A stretch of 64,000 bases of DNA from a virus. Below are positions 1 to 9,560 of the stretch, piece by piece. The translations under genes and the position numbers were made by a program. The notes beneath the pieces were generated by a model. The model was not told where the DNA came from and did no database searches. It saw only the letters and a list, made by a program, of their open reading frames with translations. Every line of letters begins with the position of its first letter. Position 1 is the stretch's first letter. The stretch lies in the IMG/VR virus record IMGVR_UViG_2029527005_000013; one strand, 5' to 3'.

Positions 1-40
1 TCCGACAGAAGGGGATCTGTTCTCCGGCGGCAACGCCCTG

Positions 41-241
41 GTGTTCGGCGGACCGGAGGAGTTTAAAGGTAAAATGGTCTTCCTGAGCAAAACCGACGAG
101 GGAGGTTGGTGGGAGGCGTTTGACCGGAAGGGTGACATGATTATCTTGGCTCCCGAATGGCTCATGCCTATTTCAAAACAGGACTGGGACAATAAAACTG
201 ACTTAGATACATTCATTTACGAAGCGAGGTATGGGGCGTGA
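41..241 (+). CDS. hypothetical protein (start uncertain, may extend beyond the window edge)
   Basis: 66-aa ORF whose stop overlaps the next GTG start (GTGA coupling). Confidence 0.55.
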   Translation: MFGGPEEFKGKMVFLSKTDEGGWWEAFDRKGDMIILAPEWLMPISKQDWDNKTDLDTFIYEARYGA

Positions 242-576
242 TTGACAAAATCGTGGGCTTTGTTACATACAGCATCAACTGGTGGCATAATTTCTTGGGG
301 CCGTTGTGTGCCCCGACGCCAATCTTCTCGATCACTGCCATTGTCGGGGTCATCGCCCTGTTCTTTATCCTTCGTTGGCAACAGCGCCATTGGGGGAACA
401 TGTGGGCCGGGGAAGGAGTTTTAGAGTTCTTCGGTGCGGGAGTTATCAGTGTACTGGTAACAGCGGCTTTCTACATGCTGCCGTTCTTACTGTTCTGCGC
501 TGTGGTAAGTGTTGTGGCCTTCGCACTCTTGGCGATCCTGACGATGTTGGTTAAAGTTTCTCTGGGGGAATACTGA
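238..576 (+). CDS. hypothetical membrane protein
   Basis: 112 aa with several hydrophobic segments; GAGG RBS; coupled to its neighbours. Confidence 0.7.
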   Translation: MIDKIVGFVTYSINWWHNFLGPLCAPTPIFSITAIVGVIALFFILRWQQRHWGNMWAGEGVLEFFGAGVISVLVTAAFYMLPFLLFCAVVSVVAFALLAILTMLVKVSLGEY

Positions 577-752
577 TGGATATTTGGTGGAATATTGCGG
601 CATGGGTTATCAACGGCTTCTTTATGTTCGTCGCTGTATGGCGTCCTGATACTTTCGGCGGCGGTCTAATGGCCCGCATCATCTTCACTGCCAACTTTAC
701 TGGCTTTATTATTAACTGGACAGCTTTCGTTTCCAAAGGGGGTCTGCTATGA
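576..752 (+). CDS. small hypothetical membrane protein (58 aa, MDIWWNIAAW...)
   Basis: Translated by hand; ATG overlaps the upstream TGA; two hydrophobic stretches; below the ORF-track cut-off. Confidence 0.65.
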   Translation: MDIWWNIAAWVINGFFMFVAVWRPDTFGGGLMARIIFTANFTGFIINWTAFVSKGGLL

Positions 753-928
753 TGGGTGGTACAGTAAGGGTTGTGAGTACAACCCGTAAGGTCCCGGCGC
801 TGACCGTCAATGGTCGTTACCAAGTGTTCGTCCGTGGTGGCAAGGAGTTCATCCTCGACTGGCACGGTGGGTATGTCCCTGTTAAAGAGGCCAAAGAGGC
901 TGGAATCATTTTGGAGAGAATGCAATGA
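749..928 (+). CDS. small hypothetical protein (59 aa, MMGGTVRVV...)
   Basis: Translated by hand; ATGA overlaps at both ends. Confidence 0.65.
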   Translation: MMGGTVRVVSTTRKVPALTVNGRYQVFVRGGKEFILDWHGGYVPVKEAKEAGIILERMQ

Positions 929-1188
929 AATACTGGGTACGTTTAGACAAAGACCGCATCATGGCGGACTACGACGAAGAAGACCTGATGGAGTGCAACC
1001 CGTGGGACTCTATGTACCTGATCCGCCAGTTGCGATTCCTGATCCAAAAGGGCGAGGATGCGTTTACCGCAGACGATCAGGACATCCTGCATGGGCAGGG
1101 GTCGGTTAAATTGACTGATGATGAAGGCCGCTCCGTGTATACCCCGTGCGTCATCATTGCCCCTGTCGGTGAGGTGACTGATGCCTAA
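925..1188 (+). CDS. hypothetical protein
   Basis: 87 aa; GGAG RBS; coupled to flanking genes. Confidence 0.7.
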   Translation: MKYWVRLDKDRIMADYDEEDLMECNPWDSMYLIRQLRFLIQKGEDAFTADDQDILHGQGSVKLTDDEGRSVYTPCVIIAPVGEVTDA

Positions 1189-1852
1189 AGTCGTCTGGAG
1201 CCTCTTCGATGGAAGTGGTTTCATGGGGTACGAGTATGCCCAGAATGGTTGGCAAGTTTACTGCTTCAATGCAGACACCGCCGACCACGGGCAGTACGAA
1301 CTGCGCCGGGAGCACCCAAACATTCAGTATGTGAACTGCTGGATCGATGAAGATTTTGAGGCATTCGTTGCCAAGGCCGGAATCCCCAAGCCAAACATCA
1401 TCTTTGCGTTCCCAAGCTGTACGAACCTCTCCGTCGCCGGGGCGAAACACACTCGCACGAAGTCGGAGTTGATGGAGTCCATAGATAATGCTAAAATGGT
1501 TGAGCGTATTGCAAACCTCTTTGGCTGTCCGTGGATGGTTGAGAACCCGGTAGGGAAGATGAGTACCCTCTGGCGCAAGCCGGATCATTACTTTGATCCC
1601 TACGAATATGGCGACTATCTTTTACCGGGTGAGGGTGTATATCACCCCCGTATGCCAGCACAAAATGCCTACACAAAGAAAACATGCCTGTGGGTAGGTA
1701 ATGGTTTTGCAATGCCCGATCGGAAACCTGTGCCCCACATCGGTAAGTTTTGGGGCTGGGCCTTTTTGGGCGGCAAGTCAGAAAGGACTAAGCAGTTGCG
1801 TTCCCTCACCCCAGAGGGTTTTGCAAGGGCCGTCTATCATTTTAACCATTAA
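1181..1852 (+). CDS. DNA cytosine-C5 methyltransferase-like protein (short phage type)
   Basis: Motif I-like SLFDGSG, motif IV-like FPSC, motif VI MVENP. Confidence 0.8.
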   Translation: MPKVVWSLFDGSGFMGYEYAQNGWQVYCFNADTADHGQYELRREHPNIQYVNCWIDEDFEAFVAKAGIPKPNIIFAFPSCTNLSVAGAKHTRTKSELMESIDNAKMVERIANLFGCPWMVENPVGKMSTLWRKPDHYFDPYEYGDYLLPGEGVYHPRMPAQNAYTKKTCLWVGNGFAMPDRKPVPHIGKFWGWAFLGGKSERTKQLRSLTPEGFARAVYHFNH

Positions 1853-2333
1853 CTGGAACAACCTGTTCAGATATGACCCGGAAACGGGTCATTTATTCTG
1901 GGCTGTTCGAAGAAAGGGTGTCAGAAACACTGGCCTCCCGTGCGGAACAAGGACAGACAGGGGCTATCTTTCCGTTATGATTGATGGAAAGAATTATCGA
2001 GTCCACAGAATCGCATGGGAGATGGTTAACGGGCCTATCCCGGAAGGGATGGAGATTGACCATGAGAATCACATCCGTGATGATAACCGATTGGTCAATT
2101 TAAGACTTGTGGACGGTAACAATAACCACAAGAATATGAGTCTGTACAAAAACAATACTTCAGGTTGTCCCGGAGTGCGCTGGTACGTCGGGAGAAAGAA
2201 GTGGGTTGCAACACTGACTCATAACAAAAAGGTGATTAGTCTCGGGAGGTATGATAACCTTGAAGAGGCAATCAAAGCGAGAAAGGGTGCCGAAGTGAAA
2301 TACGGGACCTTTCACAGAAATCACGGGAGGTAA
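1821..2333 (+). CDS. HNH homing endonuclease with C-terminal AP2-like DNA-binding domain (start uncertain)
   Basis: FRYDPETG N-terminus; HRIAW...EIDHENHIRDDNRLVNLR HNH motif; SGCPGVRW...KWVA...LGRY...EEAIKAR AP2-like tail; no ATG near the expected start, in-frame TTG at 1821. Confidence 0.85.
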   Translation: MQGPSIILTINWNNLFRYDPETGHLFWAVRRKGVRNTGLPCGTRTDRGYLSVMIDGKNYRVHRIAWEMVNGPIPEGMEIDHENHIRDDNRLVNLRLVDGNNNHKNMSLYKNNTSGCPGVRWYVGRKKWVATLTHNKKVISLGRYDNLEEAIKARKGAEVKYGTFHRNHGR

Positions 2334-2334
2334 A

Positions 2335-2988
2335 GTGCAGGAAATTCTTTTGGCGGCTGGTGCAGGCAGCGGCGCGAAGGGGGATAAAACACTCCTTCTC
2401 CTGCAAGCCGACAAACCCGGCATTGATGTAGCCAAGACGAGTCGCCAGTTCAGTAAGGTTGCGGCAGTAAACAACACAACCGCTGCCAAGTTCAACGGTA
2501 AAGAGTTTCGTTGTATTGACTCCACGAGTTACTTCGAGATTCTTGCCGCGAATAAAACTGACCTCGTTTTCAAGGCTGAGGACGACTTCACAATTGAATT
2601 TTGGTCGAGGAACTCCTCCGTAGCCTCATCTTGGTGGGTGTACTTCGGGTCTGGGACACAGAGTTGCCTGAAGGTGTACCAAAGTGTTGTTTATCTTCAG
2701 GACCAAGGGAACTACTTGAGTTTCAACTCTAACTTCTGGCCCCTGACTGCGTGGGCACACGTTGCCATCGTCAATAAAGGTGGTGTTACCAAGCTGTATA
2801 TCAATGGCAAGTTAGCCCCTAGCACTACCAGCTTCGCCTCCCGGGGATGGAGTACGGAGAGTGCTTTTGCCAGGATTGGCTTTGGTGAGCAATCTGTGTT
2901 TGGATCTCTGGACCAAATCAGGATCTCCAAGGTTGCCCGGTACGATGGTGACTTTGCTGTCCCAACAACTCCATTTGTGCTTGACTGA
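2335..2988 (+). CDS. LamG/concanavalin A-like lectin domain protein, probable virion accessory protein
   Basis: DDFTIEFW, WAHVAIVNKGGVTKLYING and GSLDQIRISKVARY are LamG hallmarks; N-terminus MQEILLAAGAGSG. Confidence 0.75.
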   Translation: MQEILLAAGAGSGAKGDKTLLLLQADKPGIDVAKTSRQFSKVAAVNNTTAAKFNGKEFRCIDSTSYFEILAANKTDLVFKAEDDFTIEFWSRNSSVASSWWVYFGSGTQSCLKVYQSVVYLQDQGNYLSFNSNFWPLTAWAHVAIVNKGGVTKLYINGKLAPSTTSFASRGWSTESAFARIGFGEQSVFGSLDQIRISKVARYDGDFAVPTTPFVLD

Positions 2989-3008
2989 CATAAAACTTTA
3001 GGTATAGT
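2981..3008 (+). promoter_or_regulatory. sigma70-type promoter
   Basis: TTGACT-N16-TATAGT upstream of the GHKL ATPase gene. Confidence 0.6.
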
Positions 3009-3048
3009 GGTGGGTGTAGCAACCCACCCTATTTTTAATGAGGACAAT

Positions 3049-4257
3049 ATGAAACAGATCAAACTGAGTTTTACGGAAGACTACGTAGGCCACTGGTCAT
3101 GGTGGCAGGGTGTTCGTGAACTGATGCAGAACGCCATCGACACGAAAGACTTCAATATTGATTTTGGCTATCATGAGGGAACGATCACCATCGTCTCTCG
3201 TGGTGGTTCTATCCCTACCCGCGCCCTTCTGCTCGGTGCCACAACCAAGCGTGATGACTCCAGCACGATCGGCAAGTTCGGAGAGGGTATGAAGCTGGGT
3301 TTCTTGGTCCTTCTTCGTGAGGGCGCGGAAGTTGCTATGGAAAATGGCAAAGACCTGTGGGTGCCTAAGATTGTTCATGACGAAGCGATGGATGCAAACG
3401 TCCTCGCTGTGAACATCTGCGAGGGAAATTTGGAAGACCGTGATCCGAACACCGTCACGATCAAGATCCACGGTGTACCTAAGCTGGCGATGGAAGAGAT
3501 CATGGACAACTATGCTCCGACCACGGAGCGTACAGTGGTGATCGAGAACTCCCGTGGCAAGGCGTACAACAAGATCTATCAGCACGACGACGAAAACCAG
3601 GAAGAGGATGATGACGGTGTTATTACCGGGGGTGACTGCAACCTGTTTGTAAACGGACTGTTTGTTACCCGTGTCCCAGGTAACTTCAAGTTTGATTACG
3701 ACTTTAAGCCAGAGGCATTCACCCTCGACCGTGACCGTGATTCTGCTTCCACCTTCGAAGTCAAGTATGAGGCCAACCGTCTGCTGTCAGAAAGCGATGA
3801 CATTGACCTTCTGGCGCGTTTGGCGCTTGAGCAGTACGATGACCTTGCTTTGTTCTCCGAGCGCCGTGTGAAGGCGTCTGGTGGCTCTTACTGGGGCGGT
3901 TCTCGTGGGGACTCCGATCAGGAGGCTCTGGCTAAGACTGCCGTCAGTATGTTTGCGAATAAATACGGTCAGGATGCCTATCCGATCGACGATTCTTGGA
4001 CGGACGGCAAGAAGAAGGTCGTCACCCAAATGGCTATCGGCAAAGGGTATACACCGATAACCGTTAAGAACGCCATTTACCGGATGGTCCAGAAGGAGTA
4101 CAAGGTTGACGCTGCGGTTGAGAGTGTGTTAACCTTCAAGCCATTGGAGTTCTTAGAGGGCTTCTTGGAGCGTCACAACCGCCGACTCGTGGCGAAGCCT
4201 CGCAAAGAGTTGGAGAAGACTATCAAAATGCTGCGTATTGCGGGAGGTAAGGAATGA
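3049..4257 (+). CDS. GHKL (HSP90/rIIA-like) ATPase domain protein
   Basis: ELMQNAID (N box) and IGKFGEGMKLG (G2 box); GAGGA RBS before ATG 3049. Confidence 0.75.
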   Translation: MKQIKLSFTEDYVGHWSWWQGVRELMQNAIDTKDFNIDFGYHEGTITIVSRGGSIPTRALLLGATTKRDDSSTIGKFGEGMKLGFLVLLREGAEVAMENGKDLWVPKIVHDEAMDANVLAVNICEGNLEDRDPNTVTIKIHGVPKLAMEEIMDNYAPTTERTVVIENSRGKAYNKIYQHDDENQEEDDDGVITGGDCNLFVNGLFVTRVPGNFKFDYDFKPEAFTLDRDRDSASTFEVKYEANRLLSESDDIDLLARLALEQYDDLALFSERRVKASGGSYWGGSRGDSDQEALAKTAVSMFANKYGQDAYPIDDSWTDGKKKVVTQMAIGKGYTPITVKNAIYRMVQKEYKVDAAVESVLTFKPLEFLEGFLERHNRRLVAKPRKELEKTIKMLRIAGGKE

Positions 4258-4622
4258 GTGGTATGCGTTTAACTGTAGGCGTCATTGCCCAATTGACTAA
4301 ATCGGTAGGTGATTACAACCAACCGGAGCACGAGGCGCTGGCGGAAAAGTTGGAGGAGATGAAATCTCCCCTGAAGCTGACCTATGGCGGGGACATGATC
4401 GTCTACATCGAGCAGGACAAACGTACCGACTATGACGGCCCCGGCCTGATTTTGTTGGAAGATGACCTGATGTCTGCGTTCGAACAGGAACTTGCTCTGG
4501 CAGATCTGTTTGTTTTCCAAGGGACACCAAAGATCTTTGTTGACCACTGGTATGACGGCGCGGACCCTCCGCATATTGACATCACGCTGGACGATGCGGG
4601 CTATTTCTCGGAGGACATCTGA
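4254..4622 (+). CDS. hypothetical protein
   Basis: 122-aa acidic ORF; ATGA coupling. Confidence 0.7.
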   Translation: MSGMRLTVGVIAQLTKSVGDYNQPEHEALAEKLEEMKSPLKLTYGGDMIVYIEQDKRTDYDGPGLILLEDDLMSAFEQELALADLFVFQGTPKIFVDHWYDGADPPHIDITLDDAGYFSEDI

Positions 4623-4828
4623 TGGCTGAACGTCTCGTACCTGTCCGTCAGGTAAAGGTCCACATGGACTGCGATGAGCCGGGATGTTCCGGTGAAATGC
4701 TGAACAACGGAAATGCTTTCCTGTGTTCACCACCAAAATATCCGCATGTCTGTGACGTGTGCGGTAAAAAGGTGACATTCGGCAAGAGATACCCACTGCT
4801 GGAGTTCCGGGAGGTTGCAAATGAGTGA
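4622..4828 (+). CDS. hypothetical zinc-ribbon protein
   Basis: CDEPGC...CDVC cysteine pairs; GGAGG RBS. Confidence 0.7.
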   Translation: MAERLVPVRQVKVHMDCDEPGCSGEMLNNGNAFLCSPPKYPHVCDVCGKKVTFGKRYPLLEFREVANE

Positions 4829-5030
4829 TCTGATCGGCAAGAAGGTGAAAGTTATCCAAGAGACCAGCGAGGACTCTCCGCTGGCTGATAACGGTTGGAA
4901 GGTTGGAGACGTAGGCGTCGTGACGCTGGTCCTGACCGACCACCCGGAGTACAACATCATCGTCCAAAAAGGTGATGACAAGTACAACACTTTAGGATTT
5001 TCCAGGGAAGAACTGGAGGTCCTTGAATGA
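4821..5030 (+). CDS. hypothetical protein (SH3-like small beta protein)
   Basis: GGAGG RBS; IGKKVKV...GDVGVV pattern. Confidence 0.65.
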   Translation: MSDLIGKKVKVIQETSEDSPLADNGWKVGDVGVVTLVLTDHPEYNIIVQKGDDKYNTLGFSREELEVLE

Positions 5031-5215
5031 GGGCCATGACAGATTATCGTCGAACGCCCTTGAAAGAGGGTGATACGGTAGCCATCTACTGGGGATACAA
5101 CGACCTGAAGACCGGGACCGTTGTGAAGATTCAAGGTGCCCGTGCCAAAGTTGAGGTTGACGGCACCGTCAGTAAATGGAAATCCGGGTGTTGCATGGTT
5201 AAACTGGAGGACTGA
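5027..5215 (+). CDS. hypothetical protein (KOW/SH3-like)
   Basis: LKEGDTVAI...GTVVKIQG...VEV pattern; ATGA coupling. Confidence 0.65.
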   Translation: MRAMTDYRRTPLKEGDTVAIYWGYNDLKTGTVVKIQGARAKVEVDGTVSKWKSGCCMVKLED

Positions 5216-5937
5216 TGCAAGAGATGTTGATGGTGACTCCCCGGGATGCCGGGGGCGTTGAGTATGTGAGGACAATGCCGGAGGGCGACTTTGCAACATT
5301 CGCCTCTCTCCAGGCTGAACTCTCCCCTGAGTTTAATCTGAACAAGGCCGCAACGTATAAATACTTCGTCTACAAAAAGAAGGGTAAGGAAATCATCGTC
5401 CCTTCTCAACCTGTAGGCCGGGGTACATACAATGGTGTTTATAACAGGGGTGCCGTATTCGGTGTGGATGGTCCGGGTCAGGTCCCGCAGGGTCTTACTG
5501 CCGTCCCACAAAGCAGAACCTTCATAGCGGCAAACGGCAAGACTTACCGGGTGCGTTTGATGGAAGGTGTTCCTGGTGACACGTACCCTACTGTGACCAA
5601 CATGGACTACCCCAACTTCGACCCTGTGCCAGAGTTCGACTATTTTGTACTGAATCTCTGGGTGCTGGATGCCACAACAAAGGCCAAAGTGTACTTCAAA
5701 GACCTTAACGTGCCGGAGTCCGAGAAGGTAGTCAAGTCGAAGTTCACTGCGGCTAACTCTAGGAGTTGGGGATTGGTAAAAGGGAGTGTCAACCAGTACG
5801 CGATAACACGCGCCCGGTATGACAATACGTACCCTGACACAGCGACCTACGCATTTAACTTCAGCCAGTTTGCAAGCAACTCTGCACTGCTGACATCCAC
5901 CAACGGCATCTGGTGGCCTGTGTTCGAAGAAATCTAA
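5215..5937 (+). CDS. probable virion accessory protein, paralogue of 8781..9560
   Basis: N-terminus MQEMLMV; TFIAANGKTYRVRL and terminal WWPVFEE align with TFIHTDGKTYAIEL and WRPVLRR of 8781..9560. Confidence 0.7.
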   Translation: MQEMLMVTPRDAGGVEYVRTMPEGDFATFASLQAELSPEFNLNKAATYKYFVYKKKGKEIIVPSQPVGRGTYNGVYNRGAVFGVDGPGQVPQGLTAVPQSRTFIAANGKTYRVRLMEGVPGDTYPTVTNMDYPNFDPVPEFDYFVLNLWVLDATTKAKVYFKDLNVPESEKVVKSKFTAANSRSWGLVKGSVNQYAITRARYDNTYPDTATYAFNFSQFASNSALLTSTNGIWWPVFEEI

Positions 5938-6029
5938 GGATCTTTACCCAAGGATGGGATTATTGATAGGTTGATCTTTATGAGGCATTGGGATACTCTG
6001 GAAGGAGGTATGCCAAAAGAGGAGAGAGT

Positions 6030-8702
6030 ATGAAAGGGTTGTTCGTAGGGGATGCGGAAGCTAACGGCCTGCTTGACGAGGTAGACCAGCTTCACGTGAT
6101 CCTGTTCAAGGAATATAAGGTCGATAACTGGAATATCTTTCTCGACCCCAATCGGGAAGGGTACGACCAGGCCCTCAAGTTCATTGCGTCAAAAGGTAAG
6201 AACTTTAAGATCCGCACTTTTGATGAATTGAACGAGTGGTTCAAAACGGAGCCAGGCTCCATTGCGATCCACAACCTGTTCGGCTACGACCTGCGTCTTT
6301 TCAAGAAGATGCTGGGCACTCAGTATGATATGTTTGGTGATCCTAAGTGCATGGGCACCCTGAACGGTAAACAGGTGAACCTGTTCGACACTTTGTCAAT
6401 GTCTCGAACTCTTTACCCGGACCGCCCGTTGCCACGTGGTTGTCCAGAAATGGTGAAGAACCCGGTTACCGGGAAGATGAAACCTGTCGGCCCGCACGGC
6501 TTGGAAGCGTGGGGTATGCGTGTTGCCAACCAGAAAGTGGCGATCGAAGACTGGCGCGGCCTGCCGCTGTGGAAGTATTGCGACCGTATCATCGAAGACG
6601 TTATCATCAACGAAATGGTGTGGGAGGCCCTGATTAAGGAGGTCACCTGCGACTCAAACCCTGATGACAAGCGCTTCATGTACAAAGACGGCGTGAAACG
6701 CACGGACATGGACCCGAAGAAGTACAAGCTGATCAACTGGAAAGACGCGATGCGTCGCGGTATGCTTACCGACTACCTGATGATTGAGCAGGAGATCCAA
6801 GGCGTTTCGTTCGACGAAGAGAAGGCCCTTATCCTCCGTGACCGCATTGACAAAATGATGCTGGAGATCGAGGGTGATGTGGAGCCTAACCTTCCGAAGA
6901 AAGAGATGGCGAAGTCGGCACAGCCGACATTCCCATCCAAGCCGTTCAAAGGTGACGGTAGCCTGTCTGGGACCGGGTGGAAATGGCTGGAGAAGCTGGG
7001 TTACCAGATCAACTGGGAAGCCTTGGACTTCAAAGGACCTCCGGTTAAAGCGTTCAAGGCAGACGGTAGCCTGACGGCGGCTGCAATCAAGTATTGCACC
7101 GAGCACGGTGTAGAGGACGAGGCAGCAATGCCACAGTTTATTCGTGACCAAAACACCAAACAGACGACACTGATTCCGCTGTCCCCCGAAAGTATGGCCC
7201 GCGCCATGCTGGACATTAAGAACCAGACAATGCCGGACATCATGATCCCGATGCGAATCGGTAACCAGGATGACGTGAAGAAGTTCCTGATCCGCGATGC
7301 GGGATGGAAGCCTACACTCTGGCGTAGTAAGGATGTGACCAAGGACCAGTTCAAGAAACAGCGTCCTGACAACGAGGTTGACGGCCTTGTGCGTGAGTAC
7401 ATTGACCAACTGGACCAGGTGGAGTACCGTGATCTGATTCTGGCGTACCTCGGTGTGACTGTGAAGCAGTGGCAAGACAAGGAGAAGATGTACAAACTCC
7501 TGCGTCGTAAGGCCCGTGGCCTGCCGACCAGTCCACAGTTGAAGGATATGAACGGCCTGTGCCCTAACCTGGAGAAGGTGGATGGTCATATGGCAAAACA
7601 GATCGTGAAGTGGCTGTCTCTGCGTAACCGCCGTTCCGTACTGGACCCTTTGAAGGAGGAGAAGGTGGATACGGGTTGGCTGAACCACCCACGTTTGCGT
7701 ATTGACGGGAAGCTCCCGGCTCGGTACTCTGGTATCACCAACACCGGGCGTCGTAAGCACACGATTGTGGCGAACGTTCCGAAGCCGGACAAGAAAGTGT
7801 TGCTCGGCAAAGAGATGCGTGAACTGTTCAAGGCGTCTGAAGGTAAGTATCAGGTCGGTATCGATGGTTCCAACCTCGAAGGTATGATTGCAGCTTGGGG
7901 TGCATACGAGTTCGACGGCGGCGCTTATCTCCGCATTATGGAGTCCGGTGATGCCCACAGCCGAAACGCTGAAGCATATACCAAAGCAGCAGGCAAAGTC
8001 GTATCTCGTGGCGAAGGTAAAGGTGTGACATACGGCATCATGTACGGTGCTCAGGCAGCGAAGATCGCCTCCATGCTTGGAATCTCTTTGGAGAAGGCGC
8101 AGGCGGTAATCGACGCATTTTGGGATAGCAACATCGGATTGAAGGGCCGTAAGGAAGCGTTGGAGAAGTTCTGGGAACTGACCGGGAAGCGGTTTATCTA
8201 CGGCTTGGATGGTCGTAAGATCTACACCCGTTCCAAGCACTCCCTCCTGAACGCATACCAGCAGAACGGAGGAGCGTCCCTGTTCGACTTGGTTGGTATC
8301 CTGTTGCACTGGCAGTTGATCAAGAAGGGTTGGTATGACCAAGGTGTTCGTCGCACGATCTATTACCACGATGAATACCAGCTTGAGGTGCCGTTCCACT
8401 TTAAGAAACGCTGGGAGTTCAACACCATCGCTGAGGCGGATGCGTTCGTTGCGAAGATGGAAGAGAACAAGCGCGTCATTGATGGGCATGAGTACAAAAA
8501 GCCGAAGGTTGATGCCAATGGTGATAAGATCAAGGGTCAGTTTGATCCTATTCTGAATGCCAACGGGAAGATCGAGATCACCTATTGCCCGGTGGGTGAA
8601 ATGGTGGTACGCTGTGTTGAGCAAGCAGCGAAGATGATGAAGTCTCCGGTACATATCACAGGTGCTTACCTGACGGGTATGAACTGGGGAGATTGTCACT
8701 AA
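6030..8702 (+). CDS. polA: DNA polymerase, family A, with 3'-5' exonuclease
   Basis: ExoI FVGDAEANGL, ExoII HNLFGYD, motif A GIDGSNLEGM, motif B KGVTYGIMYG, motif C YHDEY; GGAG RBS before ATG 6030. Confidence 0.95.
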   Translation: MKGLFVGDAEANGLLDEVDQLHVILFKEYKVDNWNIFLDPNREGYDQALKFIASKGKNFKIRTFDELNEWFKTEPGSIAIHNLFGYDLRLFKKMLGTQYDMFGDPKCMGTLNGKQVNLFDTLSMSRTLYPDRPLPRGCPEMVKNPVTGKMKPVGPHGLEAWGMRVANQKVAIEDWRGLPLWKYCDRIIEDVIINEMVWEALIKEVTCDSNPDDKRFMYKDGVKRTDMDPKKYKLINWKDAMRRGMLTDYLMIEQEIQGVSFDEEKALILRDRIDKMMLEIEGDVEPNLPKKEMAKSAQPTFPSKPFKGDGSLSGTGWKWLEKLGYQINWEALDFKGPPVKAFKADGSLTAAAIKYCTEHGVEDEAAMPQFIRDQNTKQTTLIPLSPESMARAMLDIKNQTMPDIMIPMRIGNQDDVKKFLIRDAGWKPTLWRSKDVTKDQFKKQRPDNEVDGLVREYIDQLDQVEYRDLILAYLGVTVKQWQDKEKMYKLLRRKARGLPTSPQLKDMNGLCPNLEKVDGHMAKQIVKWLSLRNRRSVLDPLKEEKVDTGWLNHPRLRIDGKLPARYSGITNTGRRKHTIVANVPKPDKKVLLGKEMRELFKASEGKYQVGIDGSNLEGMIAAWGAYEFDGGAYLRIMESGDAHSRNAEAYTKAAGKVVSRGEGKGVTYGIMYGAQAAKIASMLGISLEKAQAVIDAFWDSNIGLKGRKEALEKFWELTGKRFIYGLDGRKIYTRSKHSLLNAYQQNGGASLFDLVGILLHWQLIKKGWYDQGVRRTIYYHDEYQLEVPFHFKKRWEFNTIAEADAFVAKMEENKRVIDGHEYKKPKVDANGDKIKGQFDPILNANGKIEITYCPVGEMVVRCVEQAAKMMKSPVHITGAYLTGMNWGDCH

Positions 8703-8721
8703 GTGGAGATTTTGGTTGTTT

Positions 8722-8732
8722 TGTGATAAAAT
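8722..8732 (+). promoter_or_regulatory. extended -10 promoter (TGTGATAAAAT), same motif as upstream of structural operons
   Basis: TG-n-TAAAAT with no recognisable -35 box. Confidence 0.6.
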
Positions 8733-8780
8733 TACCATATTCCGGGGGCTTCGGCCCCCATTTCAATTGGAGGATCTCTG

Positions 8781-9560
8781 ATGATAGAGATGTTGACAGT
8801 TTCACCAAAGAAAGATACATCAGGGGCAGGCCCGTTCCCTCGTCCTCCGGCGTCAGATTTGGCTAACTCTTACGAAACTGAGGGTGGCTTCGCTGGATAT
8901 TACAAGCCATCGTCGTCGGTAGCTCGGTTCGCCATCCCCACATCTAACCTGTTGGTTCATGCAGGGATTGCAAATATGGTCTCTATGGTGGTAAACCCAA
9001 CATGGAGGTCCTTTTATTTGGATGGTTGGATTCTCCATATTCCTCTGTTCCCCATCGCTCAAGGGGCGATGTGGGGAGATATAGACAATGCTGGGTGTGT
9101 GGACGGGAAGAAAACATTCATCCATACGGATGGGAAGACTTACGCCATTGAACTCCTAAGCATCCAAAAGGGTAATGGAGTGATCACAGAGCAGACCCTT
9201 GACAACAGGACAGGCCCTGCCTATTCCGTTGGGTCGGATTACAACAGAACCATTCTGAATCTCTGTACCGACCCTGTTTTGAAGGGGGATCGGACACCCG
9301 GCGAGGCTGCATGGGGGTCTGAGTCTGGTATGGGAGGAGGTTTCACAAGTAGGCAGATGATGGGAGATGGGTTCGGCATTACCTATAATTCTTACTGTTG
9401 GATGAGGAACAGTATGGTTGTGGCGGGCAATGGAGAGGGTCATGCGCAGAGGCCAGCCCTGAACGTAAGCAACAACTTGGCGTACACATGGTTTGAAGCT
9501 GACAACCCGTCCTACCGTGCAGGAAGGACTTGGCGTCCTGTTCTGAGGAGGCTGAACTGA
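8781..9560 (+). CDS. probable virion accessory protein, paralogue of 5215..5937
   Basis: MIEMLTV N-terminus; shared internal and C-terminal motifs; downstream of a late-type promoter. Confidence 0.75.
   Translation: MIEMLTVSPKKDTSGAGPFPRPPASDLANSYETEGGFAGYYKPSSSVARFAIPTSNLLVHAGIANMVSMVVNPTWRSFYLDGWILHIPLFPIAQGAMWGDIDNAGCVDGKKTFIHTDGKTYAIELLSIQKGNGVITEQTLDNRTGPAYSVGSDYNRTILNLCTDPVLKGDRTPGEAAWGSESGMGGGFTSRQMMGDGFGITYNSYCWMRNSMVVAGNGEGHAQRPALNVSNNLAYTWFEADNPSYRAGRTWRPVLRRLN

Noticed and set aside
6654-8738. 694-aa minus-strand ORF opposite the polymerase; likewise 12150..13607 (-), 35177..36547 (+), 43439..44725 (+) and 62166..63806 (+)
   Set aside because: These are antisense shadows of strongly codon-biased real genes, with no RBS, no recognisable motifs and atypical composition.
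5215-9560. Diversity-generating retroelement targeting the possibly lectin-like paralogues
   Set aside because: No reverse transcriptase and no near-identical TR/VR pair differing at adenines are seen in the window.
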